NCBI RefSeq assembly: GCF_964355755.1
Contig: NC_092677.1
Location: forward strand, 18,250,101 to 18,314,100
DNA: 64,000 nt
Source: Antedon mediterranea
Taxonomy: Eukaryota; Animalia; Echinodermata
Direction: 5' to 3'
In this document: positions 50,815 through 60,960 of the stretch, piece by piece
Position numbering within the stretch: position 1 is the stretch's first letter
How the letters are laid out: the number at the start of each line of letters is the position of its first letter
Position numbers and translations under genes: made by a program
Notes under the pieces: model-generated
What the model was told of the DNA's origin: nothing
Database searches by the model: none
Seen by the model: only the letters and a program-made list of their open reading frames with translations

Positions 50815-51119
50815 TGCAGTAGACTGAAGATTGTTTCTATTAGTTGTGTGTAAAAAAAGCTATCAAACCAAAAACGTCAACTTAAATACAAAGATTGAAT
50901 TTCAATTACATCCAATGCAGTAGACTGAAGATTGTTTTTATTGGTTGTGTGTAAAAAAAGCTATCAAACCAAAAACGTCAACTTAAATACAAAGATTGAA
51001 TTTCAATTACATCCAATGCAGTAGACTGAAGATTGTTTCTATTGGTTGTGTGTAAAAAAAGCTATCAAACCAAAAACGTCAACTTAAATACAAAGATTGA
51101 ATTTCAATTACATCCAATG
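50815..51119. repeat. 101-bp tandem repeat x3 in ML gene intron 1
   Basis: TGCAGTAGACTGAAG at 50815, 50916 and 51017. Confidence 0.95.
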
Positions 51120-51248
51120 TAGGATAGAATATAGGGTGAACCAATACATGATTGACTATTTATGAAAGAATTACACAAAGTAAAACGAGAAATGTAACTA
51201 ATTTTATGCATTATATAAATAGACAGTGGTTGTGGCGAATGTACTTAC

Positions 51249-51420
51249 GACATGTATTCATGATTAGACTTCCGTTAACCTTCTTGTGTCCCGATTTTTC
51301 AAAGATGTTCTTTACATCTTTAGTGGACATAGGTTTCATTGCAAGGGATTTACACAGTCCTTGTTTTGAATATACTACACAAAACGCGAGAAAAAACAAC
51401 ACTGTGTATGCTTTGAACAT
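51249..51420 (-). CDS. ML-domain gene exon 1 (signal peptide MFKAYTVLFFLAFCVVYS...LIMNTC)
   Basis: GCCATAATG start context, hydrophobic core, donor GTAAGT, phase 1. Confidence 0.8.
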
Positions 51421-52199
51421 TATGGCCGAGATATTCAGGGTCTTCCTGGTGGGGTAGTGGTATACAGTGGCGAGTAATACAGTATATAAAGCGATGTATG
51501 TACATACTTTGAAACGCTTCACTGATAAAAACAAAATAGCAGTTGACTGTGTAAACGCAACAACAATACATTTTTCAACAATAAAAAAGAGTATATTTCC
51601 TTTTCCGTTTGTAGTTCATTCGTTTTTTTTGGGGGGGGGGGGGGTATTTCCTCGGTACTGACAAATGAAGAAGAGAGATTACAAAGTACCGGATGGAATA
51701 TCTCACAGCTGACATAAATTAATTTACCGAATTATTAGCATTAAGAAACGTGAATGATCGTGTTGCATATGTATGTACTATAAATGGTAAATAAAACATT
51801 AATGGCGGTTGTCATCTCTCAATACACATTAGATTCTTCATGTATCACCCAGTGACTAATATATGTCTTGAGTTGTTGGCTCGCCCCTTATTTTGGGATA
51901 CAGAAAAATGCAAGACAATTGTCGAAGAGGTCAGACTTCTTACGGAAGTTTTTGAACCTTAAATCCACATCCACAATTTATAGGATGGGTTCGAGAATGC
52001 TGTTTTAGTTATGCAATTACATCATGAAGATGCTAAGGAAGTTCCAGAACATGGTACACAATATCAATTTAGTTTTAAGCTCTAGAACCTAACCGTCTGA
52101 CAAAATATATTCGATGGTAGTAATATTTTACTAATATGGCGGTCATATTGTATAAAAAATGACTGCCAATAAAATTGTGCTGTTTGAGACAGTATGATT

Positions 52200-52500
52200 T
52201 GTGAGATTTTGTAAATAAAGTGTTTAAATTGTTTGATTGTCTTAACGAAACGGTCCTTCAAAACTCTTCGTTTTAGTATGGCGCACCTACATACTTCGTT
52301 AAAAATACAATATGCCATAATGTTGCAGGTTAATGGGTTTTAGTGGGAATTTCCCCAAATGTACACAATAACCGCCGGCTTTGACAACTTCTATCATATT
52401 GTAAATTCAGTTATTGTATTTGTTGCGGTAACAATAGAAAGGGTGCATGCTATGGCGTTTTTATTGTGGAAGTACAATAGAGATGATTGGCATAACTGTG
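52200..52500 (+). pseudogene. Possible decayed class A GPCR fragment
   Basis: WEFPQMYTI...SVIVFVAVTIERVHAMAF resembles ECL1-TM3 with an (E/D)RY-like motif. Stops upstream. Confidence 0.35.
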
Positions 52501-53393
52501 TAGGCCATCAGATACGCAATGCAAAACTGATATTCTTACAACATTGTAAAATTTGACAATACCAAATATAGTACTGTAGATCATAATAATAATAATTTAT
52601 TTATTTGGCAAAAGTTCTTAAATGTAGGTTTTACATTTCATCTTGCCAGGAACAAGTATTAGGCATGAGCCCAAACAGAAAACTGCTCTTACTCCATTAT
52701 TATCATTAAAAAAAAAATCAAAACTAAGTAGTACAAATTAATTAAAAACAAAAGGCTAACCTATTAGGCTACACTGGAGCCCTCGTTTCGAAGTCTTTCA
52801 AGAACATGTTTTTTTTTTTTAGTTGAGAGAGATTATTTAGAGGGTAGGTTCAGTTATTTAGGAAATAGATCAGCTATCTTGCAATTCTTTATAATAGAAA
52901 ATAATTAAGGTAAGGTGAATTATTTATCATTTCTTGTTTAATTGGAAAATAAAAAAAATAATGCGTCCCGGAAGCGTACGATAGTTCCTCTATCGTTCGT
53001 TTCGGCCTCAATCGACTTTTTGGTAAATCAGCTCACCGATGCGTTTGGAGTTTTAATGAAGTTACTCAATTCCATAGAAAAAAAGATGATTTCACTTATA
53101 AAAAAAACCAAAATAAACAGTTAAATTTAACCAAAAACCCATTGCTTGACAGACATTTTGACTATTTGGTTGCTTTAAATTATAGTTTTTTTCAAGTAAA
53201 TAATTTTTGCCGATTCAATTTTTTGTGAATAACTATTATGTGACATCAAAATAACATATTCAACAACAAAAAGTTTACAAAAATTGTTTTTTTCAGGTAA
53301 ACAATAATATATCTTTAAATTAAAAACTTATATTTATTATTTTAAGAGTCTAGATTCAAGAAATTGATTGGTCCGCTTAAAATGGACATTTAT

Positions 53394-53425
<32 letters not shown>

Positions 53426-54490
53426 GATTTTTATAGCGCACATTATATACGTTCAGCATAATTTTGACCCATCTGGCATCTCATCTAACATTGAAGCTAG
53501 GCATAAATTTAGAAAATCTAGAATAATCTGGCATAATTTGATAGATAAACCCATTTGTACAGCATATTTACCACGTGCTCAAGTTAGTGTTTACCGACCG
53601 ACCGACCAACCGAACGACCGACATTTATACTGCCTTTGATGAAAATATTATATTTGACAGACGACAATAAAATGGCATCATGATAAACAAGAGACAATAA
53701 TTATCGTAATGATACAACGATTTTATTGTTCTGGTTATATTTAATAAAATAATATATTTTTTTTTTATCAAAGACAGCATATTGTTATCCTATAATTCTC
53801 TAGAATGAAACTTTTTCTATATTTTGTTGCTGCATGTTTTATGTAAGAAAAATGTATGTTTTAATTTTATATTTATTGTCGATTTTTATCGTCCTAACTC
53901 TTCATGACTCGGGATATGATCAGAGCCATAATTATGACTGTGGATATGATTTTTTATATAGCGCCCTCTTTCATCTACTCTACACAGCGTTCACAATGGT
54001 GCGCAGAACTATGGCAACATGCGCCGCGCGCGCCGTCACAACAAGCGCGTGTGAGTACGGTTACAGTCTCCTAGGAATTTGTTGATCATCGGCGACAAAC
54101 AGTAGACAGCTGACATCGTTAGATAAAACAAAGCAGTGCTGAAGTTCTACTGCTGGTATGTAGGCCTATTTTATTTGTAGGCCTAATAGTTAATGAACAG
54201 TTTTCTTTGATTGTACCGCATTTGTTTAATTTTACTATAATTCACCTAATCTCTGCGTTCTGTCTGTCCGTCTGTTCGGCTTTATTTAGAGACTATTACA
54301 ATTAGACTAAGCTCGGTATAAGAAAGAACGAATTTGAGCCAAGGTCAAATAAAAATTGTGGGTACACACATCATCATTTCACGTAGTGGATGCTTACTGC
54401 AGTACTAACAAATGTAAAAACACTTTTCTTGATCTAACAATTAGGCTTTCGATATATTTGCTGTATCTACAGGTTAGTGGTCTGACAACA

Positions 54491-54635
54491 ATGGCATCGT
54501 TGATACATATGTTCTCATTAGTAACACCACTCAATGTGAACCTGATGGGTTTCAAAGCTGCTGAGCGAACATTATTATATGTGGTAGCATTGCTTTCTTT
54601 AATCATCGGAAGCAACTACTCGATCCCGATAACAG
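54491..54635 (+). CDS. SRCR receptor, first coding exon (signal peptide; alternative ATG at 54545)
   Basis: CTACAG acceptor just upstream, LLYVVALLSLIIG hydrophobic stretch, GT donor in phase 1. Confidence 0.7.
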
Positions 54636-55257
54636 GTAGCTACAGTCTCAGAGTGCACATTAGGCCAAATCATTATATTTTAATTCAGCAAAAATCAAAT
54701 GCAACATAAAAATCAAGGCGCAGCCAGTAAAAAAAAAATAATAACATCCAATTTTGAAAAGGCTTCAGTAATGACAATGATAAATTTAGAAGCGGAATGA
54801 GGCCAGATATCCATAGATATATACAAGTGTTAGCGACCATATTATGCTATAGGGACCAAATTAGGAGATTAACATAAAGAAACTAAAATACACCTGACAT
54901 GACCAAAAGAAGCGGATGCAATACCGGTACTGCTTGTAGATTCCCAATTCATCTTATTTATTTCTTTTGAAATTAAAGTAACATTTTGAGTGTTTTTTTT
55001 GTTGCAATTATTATTATTCAGTTACACTTCATGTTTGTTTTGTTATTTTAAAATTTTGTTTAGCTTTATTTTATTGCATTTAACATTCTTTGTTAAATTG
55101 CAGGTTATTTGTAATGATGGTGTTGATGATTATATAAATGTTCAAGGTTGTGATAATGGTGATGTGAATAATAATTATGATCTAATTCTGACGGATGTAT
55201 TCAAAGTGACGACATTGGAGCTTGTCTAAAGTATCGACACATTGTTTTTTACGGTAG

Positions 55258-55599
55258 GTAACATAAGAGTCATCGGCTCCCTCCATTCCAACCAAGGAGT
55301 TCTTCAGATCAAGACGGACAGTGAATGGCAATGGTTTTGTTCGGACCACTGGACTTTAGGTAATGCCGCTGTGGCTTGTCATCAGCTTGGATTTTCTGCA
55401 CCTTTGGCTCTTCATCCATATGTACACTTAGGAGCCAGTGCCCAAAGTCGTTTCTATAACGTTCGAAGCTCACCTGGGCGTATGTGTACAGGTCATGAAG
55501 ATAGACTAGAGGACTGCCCATCTGACAATGGAGGTGGTTCATGCTATGACATAGATGATGCTGTGAAATTGTATTGCAGCGCAGACTTGTCAGAGATAA
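55258..55599 (+). CDS. SRCR domain 1 exon
   Basis: 342 nt, phase 1/1. IRVIG..QGVLQI..WQWFCSDHW..AAVACHQLGF, six Cys (group A). Confidence 0.92.
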
Positions 55600-55779
55600 G
55601 TGAGTACATCTGAATAAAATAGTTAAAATGTATGCACCTTTAGTACTATTATACTTAATTCCTGGGTTGGTTTGGCGACGGTGAATAGTGCAATGGCTTA
55701 GACTCCTTTAAAGTCATTAAAGTATTAAACTCCTACACTATTTGCAAAGACATATTTTAATAGTTGTTGTGCTGTTTAG

Positions 55780-56124
55780 TTCTAGACGTGCGTGTAAGAA
55801 ACAACATGGGTGACGATCCAACCGACGGTGGCATCGTAGAATTGCAGTACCAAGGGACGTGGTATCCAGTTTGTGACGAATCTTTCGAGTCAGTTGACGC
55901 TCAATTAGTCTGCAATCAGTTAGGGTATGCTGACGTAAGTTACTATGAAACCAATCGTCATACAGGATACAGTAATAACGATTTTATATTGGATGACATT
56001 GGATGTCATGGTTTTGAGCGTGGTATCAGCGTCTGCAGTCATTCAGGATTTTTCGTTCATAACTGCGTGTCTTCAGAGGGAGCATGGGTGTCTTGTACAG
56101 GCGTATATAGGCCTACTGCCGATG
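55780..56124 (+). CDS. SRCR domain 2 exon
   Basis: 345 nt, phase 1/1. GIVELQYQGTWYPVCD..VCNQLGY..LDDIGCHG..HNC..AWVSC. Confidence 0.93.
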
Positions 56125-56470
56125 GTAAGCATTTATATTCTTGTAATACTGTATATGGTGGTATTTTCGTTAATTGATTGAAAGAATCATCGACGTTTAA
56201 TAGTTCTAAGGTATAACCAACAGCACCTAAGCTAGAAGTGGTAATCAATACTGTTTGAAGTACACATTCGTTTCAACGAAGTGCATTTCAAAATACAGCG
56301 ATTACACGTTTGTATCAAAGTGTAACTTAGACTACCATGCTTTCAAAATCTTTAACGCTAAGTGTTCACAGATATTACATACACTCGTGGCTGTGCTCGA
56401 TTGTTTTGAATTAAAATAATTGCTCCTCAATAATTAAATAATACGCTTTTATTATTTACGTATCGTTTAG

Positions 56471-56809
56471 CATTGCACTACATTCCTGCTTTGTTTGGTG
56501 GACCTGGAGCTGATGAAGGAAATCTTCAAATACATATATCAAATGAAGAACGTCCGGTGTGCAGTGATAACATTGGTTGGACAGAGGCTAATATTGCATG
56601 CCGTGAAATGGGGTACATAGGTGTCGAGAGTGTTTTAGAACCTACAGAATGGATCTCTTATGGTACAGAGATGTTTAGCATCAACTATTGTCATGGTGAT
56701 GAGTACACGATAATGGAATGTGATAATAACTGGTTCACGACAGTGTGCACGTCGATGAGGGCACCAAATATAAAGTGTGTCATTGCGACCCTTCCGAGTT
56801 GGGCACAAG
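56471..56809 (+). CDS. SRCR domain 3 exon
   Basis: 339 nt, phase 1/1. EGNLQI..PVCSDNIGWTEANIACREMGY. Confidence 0.9.
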
Positions 56810-57020
56810 GTAACTTCTTCTAATGTCTAATAGGACTAACACAACATTTTTCCTCTCTCTCCTAAACTGCCCGACCGATACTTTAAATTGCACTTTAGCT
56901 TTTCGGTGGCTATGTGAACAGTAATTGAAAAATCCCGCAACTAATATTCAAATTTTCATAAAAATAGCAGTTTATTTCTAGTAAATAAATGATATTTAAC
57001 ATGTTTTCTTCTATCTACAG

Positions 57021-57161
57021 ATGAAGCCGATTGTGATAATTCAGATTGCCAAAATGGTGGATTTTGCGTTGACCATGATCCCTGGGACGGTTTATATGTC
57101 TGCATATGTCCATCGGGTTTAGAAGGTCATGCATGCGATCAACCAACCTCATATCATTCAA
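57021..57161 (+). CDS. EGF-like domain exon (not in ORF track)
   Basis: 141 nt, TACAG / GTGAGT. DEADCDNSDCQNGGFCVDHDPWDGLYVCICPSGLEGHACDQ. Confidence 0.92.
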
Positions 57162-57588
57162 GTGAGTACGCTGGTCAAAAAGAGTTTTAAATTATAGGCC
57201 AATGTTTTTGTTGAAAGAAGCATTACGGTAACAATCATTTTTGATTAATAGAGAGCTTTGATTTGTGACGACCTAGATTATGTAAATTATGCATTACGTC
57301 ATTTTTCAAAATCTTCGGTTCTGTAACATCGATTTTGATTTCTTGAATGACCATACTATATAATGCGCACATATGCGTTAAACAGACGAGTTCATTAAAA
57401 AACAAACCCAACGCATGGAAATTAAGGAGCGCAATGAAATCATAAAGTCATGTCGTCGCAAAATCGGAAGCTTGCATCAACGAAAAAATCGGTCATGTGA
57501 CGGTAAACACGAAATTATGAATTATTTCTGATTGTGGCAATACCGGAACTTGCAATCACAAATTTAATCATGGTTGTTACTTTGATTA

Positions 57589-59035
57589 TCTATATATAAA
57601 TTTACGTAAGGGCAAAATTCGGTAAATCGCGCGTTATTTCTAGAATGTTTACTCGATGGTATATAAAGTTGGTTCGTACTGTCGGTACTGATTTTAACCA
57701 CCTGATGTAACCCTGTTTACTAATTAAATTGAGTTCGGTAATTAGTTATTGACGATTAAAACGAATTTAGGTTCAACGATTTGCCCCAAATAGGGGTGTT
57801 TTTCGATCGTGGTATACACTGTCTTATGGATGTCCGTCTTGAAAAATACCCGCAGACAATAATACGAGGATGCTTCGCATTTTCCTATCTCCTCCTACGA
57901 TAATTGTTTTTAATAGCTGAAAACCGGTTGAACAGCTCGAGTACTGCATCATAATGTTGAAGACAGGCCGATTTTCTTTAAAAAATACTATTTTGATAGA
58001 TTTAATATACGTTTATACAAATGTATTGATTTGCGATGAATAGAACATTCCAATCTCTGTTCCACAAGTGTCTATTCCCTCAGGCGTCGTAAAGGCAAGT
58101 ACTGTATACTCATAACAGAAATTCGATCCATTTTTTTTTCAATCTGTGCTGCAGAGGTTGAATATAAAATTTTTTTAACGGATAATGAGCTAGCGTTTTC
58201 ACTCGCCGTATATTATGTAGGCCCTACACATCTTTATTATTGCAGTTAAACCACCCACATCATCACCCTAGCATGAGTAGCGTTGTAAAACCAGTAGAGG
58301 ATAGGCCTACGGTACATCACATGCCCTAAACGCAGAACAACTTTGGTGGGTAGGGTAGGAACCAACTTAAGTATGAATTGGCTCTAAGAAACAATTGAAA
58401 ACCATTAGGCCTACTAATTAAGTTGAGTTAGATAATTTAATATTTATTGACGATTAAATCGAATTTATGATTATTTTCCCCGAATAGAGGTGGTTTTCAC
58501 AAATTTTACATTATATAAACATATACACGTCGTGTAGTGATGTATCGTTACATGTACTGTACTATTTCAATCGACTATGACGGTGATAGTTTCAACAAAG
58601 TATTAAATCGCAATGTTTTACTGTGTTTATTGGTATATTATTTGTAAAACATGAAAACAATTAATATTTCGTTACTAAATGGATAAAGAATATATTTAAA
58701 AATTGTTCCTCTTTGCACCCATCCTCTTCCCCATCATATCCCTCAACCCTAATGTTACATACAAAACACAAATTAAGTTTGTTTAAATTTGACTTAAACA
58801 ATTTGTCTCATTTTGTGACAAGTTTCTCTTTCGGAAGTAATTCCCAGGGTACTAATTTTACAGTACATAAATCACAGTGTCTATTTATTCGTTCCTGTAA
58901 ACGACATGTATTATTGTCCTGCGGTACGTACATTTGAAATCGCCAGTTTTTTAACGCTGAAATTATTATGTATTCCGAGAACCATCTGTGGGCACCACCT
59001 AGATGGTACGCGAGCGAAGCGAGCGTACCATCTAG
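57589..59035 (+). mobile_element. Helitron copy 3 (in SRCR gene intron)
   Basis: A|TC...CTAG|T with terminal hairpin. Colinear with 28820-30291. Confidence 0.88.
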
Positions 59036-59130
59036 TATAACTTAATTTAACTTTGTAATTCATAAGTGGACCTACATTATTGGAACTAGATTAAGCGAGA
59101 AACTAAACCTTATGTATTTGTTGTCAGCAG

Positions 59131-59454
59131 CGTATCTTGATATCAGACTTGTAGATGGATATTCTGCTGAGAGCGGTAGAGTAGAAGTTTATTACAACGG
59201 TGAATGGGCTACTGTGTGCGATGATGGTTGGAGTATGACTAACTCGGAGATCGTCTGCCGCCAACTGGGCTACTCTGGTGCTCATTATTACTACACAAGC
59301 CATGGCAACGAACACTCTACTATTTTACTGGATGGGGTGGAATGCAATGGTTATGAGAGTAACCTTGCCGAGTGTTACCATTCTGGATTTGGCAACCATG
59401 ATTGTAGTCATAGCGAGGACATCGCCGTCGAGTGCTACTACACATATTACTACA
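59131..59454 (+). CDS. SRCR domain 4 exon (NAGNAG acceptor, 59128 or 59131)
   Basis: IRLVDG..SGRVEVYYNGEWATVCDDGW..VCRQLGY..HDCSHSEDIAVEC. Phase 1/1. Confidence 0.95.
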
Positions 59455-60048
59455 GTAATGTATTTTAAGTTATTTTATGACTATCTATTTCCCACCACTC
59501 CGAGAACCACGTTTTGGTGGAAATATATCATGCTGGTATGGTTTCCTATCCGCAACAAGATGACATCAGTCAGTCCACATCCTGACAACCAAGTTGAAGA
59601 ATGCATAGGTGATAAAATGCGTGCTTAGGCGCTGCACGTGTTGGAAGTTGGCAGTTACTACTGTACTACCATGCTACAATAAATTAGCCAAGCTACAACT
59701 GAACTATTAACTTTTCATCTGATCGGTAATGAAGAGTATTTTACTGCGTGACTGTAGATGTTTATAATAATATGGCCGAAAAGGTGATGATATGGTCAAG
59801 AGTTACAGGCCATGATGGCCATGCATAACGTCACCAATCTGTATATTTCATGTTATGCCCCCGTATTAAACTCCTCGTCTGTGTAAGACAACAATCTTTT
59901 TAAAATATTTGTTTATGTCTCAGTCGTAAAGTAGGTCCTAAAAAGACATCTGCCCAGAATACAAGGAAGTTGTTGCTCTTGATTTGAACCACTGAATATA
60001 ACACGTTTCATAATCTTATCATATCATTTCATAATTTCTTTCAAATAG

Positions 60049-60374
60049 GTCCTTTCAATGGTGGTATACTTATTGTGATTGTGTGTGTGGTCGTATCCCT
60101 TCTTACAAGTATCATCTCTTACTGTAAATACAAGCACATCCGGGCACGTAGAGCCGCCGTCGTCGCACCTCAGCTACAAGTAACCGCACACTTACCACCC
60201 CAGACACACGTAGGCCCGTACATGCCACCTCAGGCAGGCTCACATATGGCACAACCGCAGCCACCTGCTTATTTTGATACCGGTATTCCAGGACCAGCCG
60301 TTTATCAAGTGCCAATGTCAACGGATGGTGCGTCAACGACTAACACACCAAACATCGCTTTACCAGTTTCTTAA
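60049..60374 (+). CDS. Last exon: transmembrane helix and Pro/Gln-rich cytoplasmic tail
   Basis: GILIVIVCVVVSLLTSIISYC followed by KYKHIRARR stop-transfer, PPAY motif, TAA stop. Summed CDS is 1962 nt. Confidence 0.88.
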
Positions 60375-60739
60375 ATTATTATTAAACACACCGTATGCTG
60401 ACAATATTTCTAATTATTTACATTGTTAATAATCTATACAGAATATTAAAAGAGTAAATCTATGTTGTCTAAATAGTTTATTATTAGTATTGTAGATTTA
60501 TTTATGGCACAGTGAGTTTTGACAGAACGACTACATTTTGTTAGTGATTTCAATTATTTGCCCATTAAAAATATTAGTGAGTTTGACATAGTAAGCCTAA
60601 GTTTAGCTTAAAATTGGACATGGAGTCTTATGTTGAACGGTAGCCTGCAGTAAAAGATAGTTTGACAATTAAGATTTTGCTGTGTATTCCGGCCACACTT
60701 TCATTTCCTTTCGACCTAATATAACGTAAGACAACCAAA

Positions 60740-60960
60740 CATTTTGAAACAAATTCAGGATAACCCATTCGGTATTAAAGTATAAACTTTGCACACACAA
60801 TCAATATTTCCTGGACTTTCTGCATTCTCACCCCTGAGGACGATCAAAGCATTTTTATCGAAACGTTGAAAAACTCAACAGTTCTTTTCAGAACTAATAC
60901 ACGTGGTGTACCGCAAACTTTATATCAACATTTGATTTCGCCATGCAAACCTTCAAACAA
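60740..60960 (+). mobile_element. Possible Penelope-like pLTR remnant with hammerhead-like core
   Basis: CTGAGGA-CGAT..ATC-GAAA-CGTT at 60834-60867. Confidence 0.4.
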
